The notes: a model not told the origin generated them from the letters alone. A stretch of 64,000 bases of DNA from Octopus vulgaris (GCA_951406725.2 OX597818.1:8556001-8620000), one strand, 5' to 3'; shown: positions 27,296-43,710, counted from the first letter of the stretch. Translations and numbers: made by a program.

Positions 27296-29017
27296 ATATT
27301 CCTTCCAGATATATAATTTTCCAAATGCCCAAAACATTCGCACTTTCGCAACATACAGACAATAGTTTACGAGGAAACAAATAACTTAAAATAACGAATT
27401 TACTTGAAGCATTTTAAACTACTACCATTAGTACAATGATCACATTCAATATATAATAATAAGATGTATCGCAAACAATCGTAAATAAAATAAGAGTATA
27501 TTCTGAAATACATTAGCATTTGAAGCCAGGAGAGAGGATAGAATTGCCAATACGTGTTGCATTGCTATAAAAGAAAAACATTCAACTATTTAAACAAATT
27601 TCGAATGAATCAGTTTCCCCTTCCACTGTGTTTAAGAGACGTTAAAACTGGAGTGGTGATTTTAGCTTCATATCTCTACCATAATGAGTTTTAATGTAAC
27701 CACCAGTCATTTAATTAAATGACCATTTGCAAAGTTATTTATACAGCCAATATTGAATAATCATGCATAGCTGAAATATCTTATACTTTGCTGGATAGCC
27801 TTTGCTAATGTCAGGAAGAAAATTTAACAGTATTTCTTAATTGCATTCTAATTGATTGATTGTTTTATTGCGACTAATTTATCAAAATGAAAATTAAACC
27901 AAATAATCAGCAATAGAAAGAAAATAATGATAATTTCAATTAAGAAAAATAAAATTATTGAAGATTCTATCAAGATCTCTAATGTCGGTGATCAATATTA
28001 TTATTGTTTCTGACATGGACCAATTAGATTGGCCCAAGTCAAAAATAAGGTTAAGAATGCAAATTTTTAATGAAAAACATTCCAGCTAAACTGTCAAAAG
28101 TATCGCATTGTATTTTCTAGAGGAAAAGTGTATTTAATAACTATCTCGTGTGTTTTAGCTTCCTCCTATAGAAATGTAAGCCGATCTCTTTGAATCAGAA
28201 ACACGGAATAATTTAAGAAAAATTTCATCAGATATAATTACGATAGAGTTATTTACAATTTATATTTTAAAATCAATGATATGAGTTTTTAACTAAGATA
28301 CTAGTTAATTGAGTGCCATTTTAGGTCAGACAAGGAAGGCCAAATGTCAAAACATTCCAATGAACTGAATGGGCTAAGGTTAGGACAGTTGAACATGTTT
28401 GGGAGCCAGATAATTAACTGAATTCAATCTTGTTCAGTGGATAAAATTTCAACGTTGTTAATTTAACTGACTAATGCTGCTTTCTGATATTGATATTGAC
28501 TATTTTTAAAAGTTGTGTATAAACTCATTTGCAAAAGGTCAAATTGATATATTATTTCAGTTCGAAATATTCTGTCGTAAATTTGATATAAAAGCGTAAT
28601 AATCAGTGGAGAAGTTATGGATAATTAAGGAGAAGGACTAAAGCCCTGCAAGACTCAAATTCAATGACATCCCGTTTATCTACGAGACTCAGGTTGATGA
28701 GTGCATTCCATAAATTTTTCAACTGGTAATCTGAGGCAGGAAAAAGGTAATTAGTGGAAGGTAATATAGTATTTAGTTTCAACTATTGTAGGTCTACAGA
28801 CTGGGGAAAACTTGGCCGCGAGAGTGCGAGATAAATTTATTGGATATGTTTGTTCATGAAGATGGTGACCTTGTATACGAAAATAGCAAGATTGCCATGA
28901 CGAGTGAGATTAGCAAACAAAACGCAGGTAAGAAGGGAATTGTATGTTTAATAAAAATGTATAGTGTAAGTATCTCGTCCAGCGTACTAACGATTCTGCC
29001 AGCTCTTCGACTTAATG

Positions 29018-29082
<65 letters not shown>

Positions 29083-29083
29083 T

Positions 29084-29503
<420 letters not shown>

Positions 29504-32160
29504 AAGAAGAAGAAGAAGAAGAAGAAGAAACTTGCTGCTGATACAGCCACTACTGCAACTACTGTTGCGACTGCAACTACTGCTGCTACTAATATAAAAG
29601 CAGCAATATGGTCAAATATATCCTGGTCTGTCTTTTGGAAACCAAGAGTTGCTTACTTGTAAATTGTGCGTTTTAAAAATAATTATTGCCGGTTTCATTG
29701 CCCTTAGCTGCCATCTGTTTATCAGACTTTACACTTCATATTTGTCTTTCTCCTTTGCTTCCTCACAGCATATTTGCTGAGACAACTTTCCTTTCATTAT
29801 TAAAATTTGTTTTTTAGTAAACATGTCATTTACTCAACAGAAACACTCTAATTCAGAGACTCGTCTAGCATTTGTCAAAACAGGATGTTTACAGAATTTA
29901 TTAATATATTGAAAATATTCACTTTCTTCTGAAGCCTGGAGTGAGAGTATAGTCACAGGTCGTTATCTTATCTGTCAAAAGGAAATAATCTTAGATACTT
30001 TTATTCCTTGCTCCAGAATACGAGCAATTGTCTCGAATTCTTTTAACGACTTCCTCAAAAGTGTTAATAATGCTGAAAATGTCGCTGAAGATTGATATTA
30101 CCTAAGCTTAAACAATGTATTAGGAGAATTTCAGATCTCATTGTGCAACAAAAAATAAAATGTTATTCATCAAAGCAGGGTGATATCATCTTCTTAGTGT
30201 ATATCATTTGTATTTTTAGGATATTGAATTCACGTATAATAATATAGATCCTCCCTGTTCTCGTATGAGATCAATAAACAAGAATATTGTTATGTACAAA
30301 TCCATAATATTTCCTAATTTTACGATCTTTAAAGCGAACACCTGTAGATATTTTTCTAACCAAAACTCCAAAGAGCAACTCATACACGTGCGTGATGCAC
30401 ACATTCTCGCAATAGCAATTTAGTGTGCATGTACTCCGAATTCATCTCTGTTATGTATCCTAACCTATGCCTCAGCTTATATCGAACATTTGGTATTTGC
30501 ATAAAGAAAGTAAAATGGAGCATTTTTTGCTTCTTATTAAACTTAAATTATATCGATTCTGCCAGTTAGAACATATATTTCTCATATTGTCATAATTCTA
30601 AACTGGATCTGTAAAGATAATTGTTAAGCCTATTCGTGTAGTGCCTATTTTCCATTCATATTTAACATATCTATACGTTAAAAGAAAGAACGTTTGAGAA
30701 CAGATATCAGATTTTCAAACCTTTACGTGTAATACGGCATATACTGGCTAATTTCATAAATAATATTACAATGGAACTAAAGAGGGGAGGAATCTATATA
30801 TCCTCCCATGAAATCATTAAATTCATATCAAATGAAGTGCTAGCAGCTCACATGCCAATAGAAGCAGTTAAATTTGTGGTCAACACACTCATATTCAAGG
30901 GACACCTCCACTAAAACTGTATTGCGTAATTTGAGGGAAATGTGACTACTACTTCTTGCTCATTTTGGTGAATTTAAATGCTTTCCCATTGGCTGGTTAC
31001 GACTATTGTATCCTTACTTGTGATTGTAAACTTTCTATATATGACCAGATTGGCAAGATAATTACAGCGCATTCAAAGTTTAAACATCGCCAGATAAATG
31101 AAACGAAGTAAAAGTAAGAAATAGTCTCTACTTTTCGGATTTATGTGGTAAATAAAGGACAAGTAATTGACAAAACAAAGGCAAGCAAAATCCTTCTTTG
31201 CCCTCTCAAACTATTATTTGGAAAGAAACTCTTGTTTATTTAATGCAATTAGACTTAGTGATAGAATTACCAATTCCATTTAGCTATCATAATTTAATGA
31301 AAAAGTTTAGGAAAAATGAATTACTCATTCGTTATAAATTTATTGTAATTGAAGTTATTGATATAACTAATATTTACGTTATAAAGATATAGACACAAAT
31401 ATAATTCAGTATCTTTCATTAAAACTTTTGTTTCCTAATGAAAGTTGTATTAATTTATGTATAGTTTTGTAATTTGGCTAAAGGTCATTCAAATGAAAAC
31501 TAATATTTAAATGCATGCATTGCGAGATCATTAAAAAAATCAGTTTTGGAACATTACCCTGAGAAAACTGATGAATGGCAGATACAATAATGTTGTTCAA
31601 AAACGTTTGAAGCTAACAACTTGAAAGAATCAGAGTGGCCTGTAGTTTAACTTTTGCTGTTTCTGGTTGAATGCTAAAAGTGTGACTTCTATTCATTTCA
31701 ACTCGCCTGTGGGTTGATACAATTGTTTCTTTGACAAAAGGCTGTGGTTATTGATGAAATTATATTCTATTCATTACAGTTATGGTTATTGATATCATTC
31801 AGAAAGTTTCGCAAATTCTTTTCACGCGAGATTGTTTAGTTCTGACTGACTCCCTAGCTTTGGTTGAAATATGATTTTGGAATAAATCAATGAACGTTGC
31901 TTAGAATAATTTGACTGGTTTTAAAGTAAAATCGTTACCCATAATTTGGTGCTAACAGAACGCAAGTTTATCATGATATGAAGAAAGGTTCCAGCTAGAT
32001 AGAAACTGGATGGCTACGGAGCAAACGCTTTTAATCCTACGATTGCTCCAAAAGAGACATAAAATATGACACTGAAAAGAAGAAAAACAGAAGTAGCAGA
32101 GAAAGGAAGAGAAAGGAAGGAAGATGATAAGTAGATGAAAGAAAGTAAAACGATAATGAA

Positions 32161-32251
<91 letters not shown>

Positions 32252-32503
32252 TGTTGTTGTATCGGTAGTGGTGACGGCGCTGGCGGTGGTGGTGGTGGTA
32301 GTAGAAGTAATAGTAGTAGCGGAGAGAAAGTGGAGGAAGGAATTGAAAAAGGAATGCATGTAAGCAAAGCAGGCAAGATGTGGGAGAAAGATGAAGTGGA
32401 GGAGAAGGAGGACAAGAAACAAAAGATGAAGTAGATGAAGAAGGAAAGGAAAGGATGAAGAAAAAGATAATGACGGCGATGAATATAAGGACAATAACGG
32501 TGG

Positions 32504-32540
<37 letters not shown>
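32161..32540. repeat. (AGT)n, GA-rich and (GAT)n low-complexity block
   Basis: Direct inspection. Confidence 0.9.
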
Positions 32541-33031
32541 AACAGTACTAACAATCAGCATCAACATTCTATAAGAATTACAATTATTTTTCATTAATGC
32601 TTGATTGCAGCGTAATAATACATTTGCAGCATGAATGCTTAATCAGGCATTCTGTAAATTTGTAAACATGTTCCTACAAGTGTTTGGTATTTACAGTCAT
32701 AAAATAAGAATATGGAAGCATCATAGTTTTAAATTGGATGAATGATTGTTGCATTTTACTTTGAATCGCAGTTATTCAGTGTTTGAAATTCTCCATGTGT
32801 ACATGTCAACGTTAGAGTGTTTAAAATATTTTCTTGTTGATGTGTTGTAGTCCATTCCGTTTTAGTTTCTGGCATCACTGTTGTGGTTGTTGATGTTCTA
32901 GATAATTTTATTTGCTATTGCCTTTCTTCAAATATTTTATATCAATTCTTTTTCTTTTCCAATAAATAATAAATAACAAAAAGATAATGCTATAATTCCT
33001 GCAGGAATGAAAATAAAGAGAATTTGCTAGG

Positions 33032-33112
<81 letters not shown>

Positions 33113-33427
33113 GAAGACGAAAACAAAGATATACAATTCGAAAGAAGTACAAAAATACAACCACAAAAAAGAAGACTGAAAGATTGATAGAAAAAACAGT
33201 TTGTGTTGGAAGCCGCACTCCCCATAGTTAGTGCATAAATCATCACAGCCGGCCTAAGCGATCTCACAGATCAATACTAAGTCTTGAAACATCAATCAAC
33301 GCTGTAAATATAACTCTTGTGGCTTGCTTATATTTATCCCATCAGTGAAGCATTTTCTGTATTTGAAAATACTCTATATGTATGTGCGTGTGTTTGTATA
33401 TATGTGAGAGTGTGTGCGTGCATATAA

Positions 33428-33493
<66 letters not shown>

Positions 33494-33962
33494 GTATACT
33501 TATATACATATGTATGCATATATACATATGTAGGTATGTATGTATGCATGCATGTATGTATGTATGCAGAGAGAGTGAGGAGAGAGATAGAAAAGAGAAA
33601 TGAGAACAAAAGACTTCACACGATGGAAGGTACAAAGGCTTAAATATTTCTGCGGTTTACTAGTTAGATTAGATGAATTCTCAGTGTGCTGAAACACTTA
33701 TCCTTATGTATATTTTGAGGTATAATGGAAGGTTAAGCTTTTCATATAGGAATATTTCTACAAAAAATACATTACCATTGGTAAGACCCAATAGTATTTA
33801 TGGCTTCGTTTGGTGCAACACAGCCGTATTATTTCACATACGATTCTCTGGGGTGGTTTCTCACTCACTGGCTCATCTGATGTACATACTAATCCACACC
33901 GTTACCTATTCAATGATATGTAGGATTTGAGATATCTATGCTCTTTCCTATAAGTAATATTT

Positions 33963-34318
33963 ATCTCGCAATAAGCAAAGTATCCAGTTAGAAAGTATCT
34001 ATAAGAGATGAAAGTAGTAACTATACTGTGAAGTAAAGTTTATTTTCACTTCAATGTGGTTGCTCCTTACGAACTGACGTTACTACCATTTTAACCCCAA
34101 GAGGAGCCTCATCCTGCTGGTTATCGATGCAATCTGTACCTGTTATATATTGTATGCAGGCTAGCAAGCACCTATCATCTTCTAGCAGACGCCGTGAGCA
34201 CCAGACCGCTTCCTTTGGAACAGCCATATTGAAGTGACGATAAACATTACTTCTCAGTATAGTCACTACTTTCATTTCATAAGGATCTTCTAACTGCCTA
34301 ATTTGCCTGTTGCAAGAT
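33963..34318. mobile_element. Old MITE-like inverted repeat (about 105-bp arms, 150-bp spacer)
   Basis: 33963-34066 is the reverse complement of 34217-34318. The inner 59 bp has 8 mismatches; the outer part is more diverged. Confidence 0.65.
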
Positions 34319-34429
34319 CAGTGAAAGGTTTTCACTTACCTTTCTATATATTGCGAGCTAGAACGACTTACTGCTATTTTTAGCGGGCGGATGTCCACTA
34401 CTCTGGATGAACACAAATAGATCGAAACC

Positions 34430-35165
34430 GTACAGTCCATGCTGTTTCTGGTTTTTGCGTTTCTTTCCACTAATTTTTTTCATTCCCTACACAGTTATCC
34501 GTGACACCGGATTTCTTCAGGTTTCGACTGCATTTTTACATACCACACTTTTCCTCTGCTTGGATACAGATCTGGCAATCTTTCAAACTTCTCCCCTCTC
34601 TCGTATCTTCAGGACAAGCACAGTCGATCAGTGTCACTCTTAGGGTGGAAGGCTCAGTGCACTGTAAATATTTTCCCGATCTTCATATCAATATTCATTA
34701 GTTCATTCTTTTGCCAGTTTATGATTCCAGTTCCTATTCCATCCGGTCAATTTTGAGCGCAACACCAATCATAGTGTTCGGATATATTCCACCCTCAATT
34801 CTTTCATTTCCTTCACCATGTTTTCGTTGAACTCTAGTCTGCCAGGGTATTTGTAGCCTTACTTAATTAGTTCTGTATTAGGTAATTTTATCCCTGCTAT
34901 GGACTGTACCTTGCTACATTTTAGGTACAATATAATATATGCCTTCAGTCTGAATTCCACTCTAATTCCATTCAGCAATAAAACAGTGAAATCGTTTGAG
35001 CCTCATCCTTGCCATACAGCTATAAATCAACCATGAATAGGAGATAGATGATTGTTTGAGATTTTCCCTTAACTGATATCACATATTCATTTTCCTAAGT
35101 ACCAAAATCAGAGGGATCATGCAGAGAATAAAATTTAATGGAGATAAGCAATCTCCTTGGAAAAT
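34430..35165 (-). mobile_element. R4/Dong-clade reverse transcriptase fragment
   Basis: IFQGDCLSPLNFILCMIPL..VLRK matches the R4-type GIFQGDSLSPL motif, with a degenerate G(G)RGL-like motif downstream. It begins directly at the (AAT)n/(AAG)n array 35165-35443. Confidence 0.7.
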
Positions 35166-35196
35166 CTTCTTCTTCTTCTTCTTTTTATTATTATTA

Positions 35197-35254
<58 letters not shown>

Positions 35255-35265
35255 CATCATCATCA

Positions 35266-35355
<90 letters not shown>

Positions 35356-35400
35356 GTGTTGTTGTTGTTGTTATCATCATTATTATCATTATTATTACTG

Positions 35401-35444
<44 letters not shown>

Positions 35445-36429
35445 GTCAACACGGACGTCAGCCTGCCAAGGCTCGCTAGACATCGCTTCGTGGGTTTTGT
35501 AAAGAAGAACACATAAATCTTGTATTTGTACTCTTGTTTGTACCATCGTGGGCAACAGATTAATTGCTGTCGAGCAGTGAGTATATTTTCCTGTTTCGTT
35601 TTCCAGCTTTGGGGGACAGATCAAACGAAAAAGAGAGACATCTGATCATGTTTGCTGAGACCAACAACAACCACCAGAACTTGACTGACAACAGCGGCAG
35701 CACCATCACCACCACCAGGTTCAGCCGTGGCAGCACCAACACCAGCAACCGTACTGACACCGAGTTCCACCAAACACTTCTCTGCGCCAGAAGATGTTCC
35801 AGTTACCGACGCCGAGCGGGTGGATTCCACAGGTGAAGAGTCGGACCCTGGTAAGGAGTGGAAGTTTTAACAAATGGAAAAGATGTAGAAAGAACAAATA
35901 TATGGACATACAACGACAATCTTCATCCACACAAGAAATAGAGAGAAGAAAATAAAACGAACAAAACAAACACTGCATCGCCACCACCACCTCTAACACC
36001 TGAAACACAAGCCATTCCACACTCATAACCGCCACAACGACAACCACTATAACAAAAACAACCACAACAACAGCAACGACAGAAAAACACAAATTAAAGA
36101 TATTAGCATTGCAAACTACACGGCAAACACAAAAAGCAATGACTCGATGAAGTACATAACACACACAAACATAACAGCAGATTTTGTCACACCACAATCT
36201 CCCTACCTGCGCACATAAAAATCGTTCAAAAAACACAAAACAGATACAAACACTTAAAAATCTAGTACCCTCAGGAAATCGGATATTTTCGAGTGATTAT
36301 CACCATGAGAATTCTTGGTGATTTGCTGCTGGAAACACATGAAGCCAACAAGTGGGACGGACAGTCTGCCCCCACCCCCAATAAAACCGGGTAAGTTTTC
36401 TCAGAATTTTATTTTATTTTCCGGACAAC

Positions 36430-38680
36430 ATGGCCGTGCACAGAATAGGCAGCGTTAATGTACGTGGCATGTGGTCAATTTGGAATCACCTATTTGGTCA
36501 ATTTGGTATCACCTATTTAATGGCCAAAGGCCACTGAATGTCGATGTGGTAACTATTTGTGAAACCAGAATTTCCCACACACGGGTCTTCCAACACATTT
36601 TTGGTGACTATGATGAGTACTAATCTATATGTCGTCCAGGAACGGAAGGTAAGACGGTAGTGCTGAACATGACAAGCAGCGAAAGACACACTTTCAGGAG
36701 AGTTGTCGTCTATGCCCAGACTGGGGCAGGAAGACTAGATTTCTTCAGACACCTGGAAATTTTCCTGGATACGTCCCACTCTTTAGTGTTTGTTGGTGTT
36801 TTGGACGGAGTTTTCGATGTAAGGTGGGATTGTTTATTTTAGCTCTTAGGGGAGGAAGTTGCAAAAGCCTCACAAAACTGCTCAGACGGTTCATACAGGT
36901 ATCGAATGAATTTCCTTAATGTGCTAATGTGGACCTGGTGAAAACGCATCGGGGCATCTAGATCGTATCTAGATAGAGTATTCTGTAGAGTAATAGGTTG
37001 TCCATTGTTTAAAGTAGTCGACTACACAGACCACAAATTCGTCATCTGTGCAATCAACTTAAGCTTCATACACAGGGACCCAGTTACTGGAAGCTGAACA
37101 CGTCGTTGCCACTGGGTAGATATTTCAGAGACGGGATTAGTGAACTGCTTAAGAGGGCTTTGACGAAGAAAATAATCAAGAATTAGTGGTAGTTCACCCT
37201 GAAATGGGCGACAAGAATAGAATCGATAAGGCTTAGCAAAGGACTAGCAGTAGAACGAGACAAAGATAGTCAAGAATTTTGACGAGCATTTTAGAAAAGG
37301 CATCACAACCGACGTTCTCGCATCGAAATTGGCACTCTACCAATTCTTCAAAGCAAAACACGAAGGCTGCTTTGTCAGTGCTAATGCACGATCACTTAGA
37401 CACGATGGAACGAAAGGCATTCAACGGACCCGAGTTGCAGGTGCATGACGTAGAAACAAATCCACGATCCGATCCTTGCCGGAACAGTACGTGTAAATGA
37501 CAATTCATCCGGAACAAATATGTGCGTCCTTTCAGCGGTGCTTCACTCAACAATTCGGAAGTAACGATGAGCCGGGTCGCAGGATCGATTGCACTTGCTA
37601 CCTTAACGGGATGCCGTGGCTCTCTGCGGAATGTCGTTAACAGACTAGCTCGCCGACCCCTTAGCTAACGTTTACTGCAATTGGCAACAGAATGTGAGAA
37701 TTCCCAGTTTTGATTGCGGAGGAGTGGTGGCGTTGCTGAGAAAAGACTCGAATAGTGGGGATTACTTTGACAATTTTAGACCTATAACTCTGCTGGATGC
37801 AGAGTTCAAAAATTTTACCAAGGTATTAGCTACAATGTTAGTGCTTGTCGCCGGGGCTCTGTGCCGAAATGATTCATCCACGGCAACCTCCACCTCACGC
37901 GATACGTCATTAAGAAAGCGGCTGAAGATCGTAGCACTGGTTGGGTCCAGATCGATATCGATCTCTCTAAATCTTTCAATACCTTCAGCCATCTATAGCT
38001 GGCGGCGGACTTCAAGGCAGCCAGCTACGGGCCTATATTTAGGGGCAGCATTGTTATAACACACAGCGATATGTGTTCCGTGGTCAGAATGAAAGTTCAC
38101 TTCTTAGAACCATTCAACATTATATGTTCGTTCCGGCAATGGTGCCCACTCACGTCTATCTTGTATGTACGGAATCTCGAGCCAATACTCCACAAACTGG
38201 AGGCGTTGAAAGGCATACCGCGGGACGTAAGATGTGGGGAATGCGTGTCGGCACGTGCTGACGTTGTTACCGTAGTGGTGCCCGATCATAAACACATAAA
38301 AATTATCCGCACCACTCTCAGGGACAGCTCGCCACCTGGAGAAGCGTGACCATGCTGTCCAACTGTGTCATTGGACGCTGGACGGATGGACCGTTTAAAT
38401 TTATTGAGGTATGGTTCGATCAGGACCTCCAAAGTGATAAATTTTGCGACGAGGTAACGAGCAATTCTCACCCAGAAATGAGCCGAGAGAAAACTATCCC
38501 TGAAAGGTCGGGCAGAGGTGGCAAATGCGTATATCGCGTCCGCCATTTACTATCACTTGAACTTTGTACTTTGTCCAGCCTACCGTCTGATTACGCTGGA
38601 GCGTATTCTCTTCCACTTCGTTATTTTTGTTATAGTTGACAGCAGATAGACCGATGATTAGGCGGTCTATCTGCTGCCAG
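36430..38680 (+). mobile_element. Tx1-clade LINE ORF2 pseudogene (APE endonuclease + RT)
   Basis: MAVHRIGSVNVRGM, ICETR, SYLDRV, TDHK, YWKLN, FRPITLLDAEFK..TKVLA, RQWCPL..LYV..LEP, ARAD and SLKGRAEV occur in the correct order, with many stops and frameshifts. 35450-36430 may be ORF1/5' remnant. Confidence 0.85.
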
Positions 38681-40460
38681 CTACAACAACTCTGTAGGTG
38701 TATCGTTGCCGCTTATGCTTTAATCCGGTCACCACCTGAAAGATATATTACTGCTCAAATGCTTTAGAGTGTGCTTCTTTTACAGATATATGAAGTACTA
38801 ACGACACACACAGAAACACTAAGATATATATATTCATAGAAACATACATACAGAGTCACTTTCAAAGACTGTCAGTCATATAAAAATGATTTACGCTAAA
38901 GTCAATGTCGAACTCTTTGGCGCCAGTACTTGTAGGAAATTGGAGGAAATTACCCAGTGGACTCTTGCCGCTTTTGAAATGGCAAAATTTGAACTACAAT
39001 TGATCATCGTAAGCAAAAATACATACAGAAAATAACAACACCATCGGTAAATGCAAAATATTAATAATTTTATATCTAATCCTCCATAATATCTATACGA
39101 TTTGGACTTATTTTCATATCGGAAAGTATACTGTCCACGTATTATATTAAAGTATAGCTACTATTCCAGGTCAGTACCGTCAACCATTCAAAATGTACTA
39201 ATATATATTGTTTGTGAATGTCATATTTTTAGAGTTGTCCCTAGATACACAATATCACTTGCTTTGCAAGCTTGCCCCAAATCCTCCTTGATTGAGCAGA
39301 ACTCAGATCAAAGCATTCTTAACATTCGACCCTTAAATTTGATTCCAAGCATATTACATTCTAAGGCTGATTTTATCAAACAACACACTAAATTGTGTCT
39401 CATATTGTATATAGACTATAGAATTAAAATATTGGGCCAATTGGCCCGTTATTTACTGCAAGCTCAGGTAAGGGACCTGAGACTGTAGTTCCCGTTGAGC
39501 TTATAGTTCCTATTGAGTAGCGGGAGCAGTATTTATGTTAAGTATTATTAATCACTTTATAGATCTAATTAGGTTTTCTAGGATTATTCGTGAGGAGAAA
39601 GATGATAATGATGCTATTGTTGATATTATTCGTCTTGTTTTTCGTTGTTGAGGGGGAGGAAGAGGGCAGAAGGAGGGGGGAATAACAGAAGGTGGAGGTG
39701 CTGTTGATGGTGGTAGTAGCGGTTGTGATGATGACGATGACGACAATCATGATGTATGTCTAAGATGATGATGAGCACCTCAACGCTGACGACGACTATG
39801 ATCGTCCTCATTTTGTGATGGTGATCCTGATTATGATGCTCATGATCATTATATTTATCATGATTCGGGGGATCATCGTGATTATGATGATAAAATTTCC
39901 TTATTGACATAATCATTTATATTTGTTAGATCATCTTCATGTACATGGCTGCTGACGTCATGTATCACTTTCAAATTAATTAGCAGATAATATCTGGGAC
40001 TTCCTTTATCATTACAGTTTAATCAATTTGAAAGTTATCACTCACAGGTTATGGACAGGTTAACCAAGCCAGATTAATTTGACATTCCAACAAACTCTCT
40101 AACATGCCGTTATATTTCTCCAGTAAGATGTATGTTCAGTGACGGGTCTACATAGGCCGGTAATGATAACGGCGAAAATAACGCCACGTGAGTAGAAAAT
40201 CTCAGAGGTCCAAGTTCATCTGAAAATTTCACCTTATTAACTAATGAACTTCAAATGGAAACGTTCAGATGAATGCAGCATTTCCAGAAATAATTCAGAC
40301 AGAAAAAAAAGACAAAAGTTAATAATGGCGGTGCATCAGCATGACCGCAGCTCTGAGCTGAAACTACAGCAAAAAAAAACAAAAAAAAACCAAAAAAAAA
40401 ACCAAACAGATTCTGTATACAGTATAAATAGGTGACAGTTTACACGAAAAAAATGAATAT

Positions 40461-40556
40461 TGTGGTTTCAGTGTAATTATTTGGAAATTGCTTAAACAAA
40501 TTAATATATGTGGTTTTAGTGTAATTATTTAAAAATTGCTAAAACAAATTGATATT
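40461..40556. repeat. Tandem duplication, 2 x 48 bp
   Basis: TGTGGTTTYAGTGTAATTATTT..AAATTGCT.AAACAAATT.ATAT at 40461 and 40509. Confidence 0.85.
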
Positions 40557-40954
40557 TTTGCAATCAGAATTCTCTACAAACACAGATGACCGAGGAGGCT
40601 GCTCAGTATTCGGAATATCACACACCAGATTGCTGACTTATTGCAACAAAACTGCGGAAACAAAATGTGGAGGATAAAAATATCTTAGTTAATACTATTT
40701 GAAAATTTCGAATGCAGACATCATATATCCTAATATTATCTAGATAAGTGCCAGTTTGGGTTGTTAATTGTTGAAGAAATAAGGGTTATGTCTCAAAAAA
40801 TATCAACCAGTTTACGAATATTGACAATTACCCAGTTTCCAGTATCAGGTTTCTGGTCGACAATATTACACGAATTTAGAACACGAATTTGTACTAAACT
40901 AAACAAAGCACTCCTTTGGAAAGTAATCAAAGCAAGTCACTTGCTTCCTGAAGA

Positions 40955-41255
40955 CACTGTCGTGTGATGAGGACTTTTTACTAGCCACGTCGTTCCGGGT
41001 TCACTCCCACCGCATGGCACTTCGAGTAAGTGTCTTCTACTATAGTTTCGGTATGACCTGTGTCATGCGTGTAAATTTAGTAGACAGGAAGTTACACAAT
41101 CCAGTCATATATACATACATGCCTCTGTGTGTGGTGGGGTGGTTGTGTCTATCTCCACTATCGCTTGCTTGACAATCGGTGTTTGAGACTTTACAGTAGC
41201 GTAATTTAGTGCTTCGGTACAAGTGCGCGATAAAATAAGTATCATGCTTTAAAAA
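40955..41255 (+). mobile_element. tRNA-derived SINE (octopus OK/OR-type), degenerate
   Basis: B-box GGTTCACTCC followed by gagtaagtgtcttctactatag. The body is shared with 1332-1582. Confidence 0.65.
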
Positions 41256-42569
41256 AGAGCAAAATTTAATGCTACAGAAACAAATAAAAGATAGATGAAT
41301 CGCTATAGAAATTTGCTTCTGCAATTGGAACAACTCCTACTAGGTTTTCTTATATCATCACAAACTCATAAACCAACAGATTTTTTCTCTCAATGTTGCT
41401 AGATAATAATAAAATAAAATACATAAACAAATAGATATATAAAAGGCAGTTGTCACATTTTTGGACAAGATATTTACGTAGTAATAGTTGATGGAAGGAA
41501 ATGAAAATATCTCCTCACGAAAAAATCGACTTGACTGACAGATAAAAGTTCCGTTGCATTTTTGCTTCTCGTTAAAAACGTGAGGAAAATACACATGATA
41601 AACACCACAGAAGGGAATCGAAGTACTTCCTCTCTAATATGCTAATGACTGGTTTCAGAATATTTTCCTGGTAATCGGCTGTCTTGTATTCAGGACTGTA
41701 CTGTGACAAACAGAAATTAATACACCCTGCTCTAATGAGAAAGGTTAGATTAATAAAATCATTACCTCAATTTCTTTGCTGAAGACGTGTGGAAATTAAG
41801 AACCAATTACCACGATTAGTGTAAAATTTTATCGTATAAAAGTTGACAACCAATTTAAACTATTTACAATCAACATTAATATCCTCCTGAGTGTAATAAT
41901 TAGAATTCATAGATTGTTCTCATAATCCACTCATATACAAATTCTTAAACCACGAATAATCTCATTAGTAATCTTTGGTATGATACATTTAATTCTTTCA
42001 GAAGAAAGTGTCTCGATTTTTTACTATGCAATCTTTAAATCACTCTGAAAAGAGCGGACTCATGCGCGTTTATCATGTTGTAACTTAAATAATGATGGGA
42101 TTTCTATAAGATTCACAGCCTAATAGTGTTTGCGGAATCTTTCGGTGCAATAGGTATAATTAAATTATGTGAAACCATAAATTTTAAACACTTGAAGTTT
42201 TAACATTTTGTAAATAAAGACCGTGTGTCTTCCCTCCTAAAAATTACTTTTACTAAATTTACTGGATCAGAATTCACATCTTTGAAATTCAATTTAAGTA
42301 CAGTTATTCTATGACACTAATAACTTATTTCTTAAATCGAATGTAGAGAAAGGGCGTTGTTATTCAAATTAAATATTTTCCAGGTTCGATTTTGAGATAG
42401 AATATTCGGTTTATACAATGGACCAAGAACTGTATGGACACGATAACTATGGAATTAAAGCATTTACTTAGGTCCGGACACTTAAAATAAAGACTTAAAC
42501 ATTTCAGCTGTAGTTTAATTTCTAAATCCAATACGTATTAAAATTCATGAATTCTCTTTTAGTTATATA

Positions 42570-43472
42570 AAACAAATGAAATCCAAACTAAAACTAGAAC
42601 AGCAACGGACCATGATAAAACGATGGCATGAAAAGCCCCTTCATGGCAAATACTGGACTAAACTAAATGCAAAAGAAAAATCCCAGCAATGGTTGCGAAG
42701 CTCAGGACTCAAAGCAGAGACAGAAGGATTTTTAATGACAGCACAAGGCCAAAGCCTCCCAACCAGAAATGACCAAAAACATGTAATGAAAAGAAACATA
42801 ACAATAACTGCAGAGTATATGGAGATGGACAAGAAACAATAAATCATATTATCTCTGGCTGCCCAGTCCTGGTTAAGAAGGAATATATTCACAGACACGA
42901 CAGAGTTGGGACCTACATACACGGGAAGCTATACCAACATTATGGAATGACAACAGAAAAAAGATGGTATAAGCACACACCAGAAAAGGTCACAGAAAAC
43001 GAGAAAGCAACTATACTCTGGGATATGCCAATACACACAGATACAGAAATTAAGGCCAACAGGCAAGATATAGTTGTCAGAGATCATAAAGAAACAATGC
43101 TTTCTAATTGATGTATCAATACTAGCAGATGACAACGTGGCTCTAAAAGAAATGGTGACGCTTTCAAAATATAAAACCTGGAAATAGAGGTAACTAGAAT
43201 GTGGAAGCTAAAAACAGAAACAACCCCTTTCATAGTAGGCGCATTAGGTATGATAAAAAAATATTCAGACAAATACATAACAAAAACACCAGGACTTACA
43301 AACACATATAATATACAGAAAATTGCACTACTGGGCACTGCACACATCCTACGCAAAACAGTTTCAATACAGTAACCATCAGAGCATTACAACAAATCAC
43401 AGTACATACCCAAGGCACACAGAGCTGTGCTCGGTAGTGAAGTGAAAACACGCTATAAAAATAAAACTACTG
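42570..43472 (+). mobile_element. R4/Dong-clade LINE 3' fragment (zinc knuckle + RLE), ending at (TAA)n
   Basis: RWHEKPLHGKY, GLKAETEG, ETINHIISGCP, RHDRVG, ILWDMPI, NRQD, FLIDVS, VGALG, GTAHILRK* (stop at 43375). Frameshifted. Confidence 0.9.
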
Positions 43473-43710
<238 letters not shown>

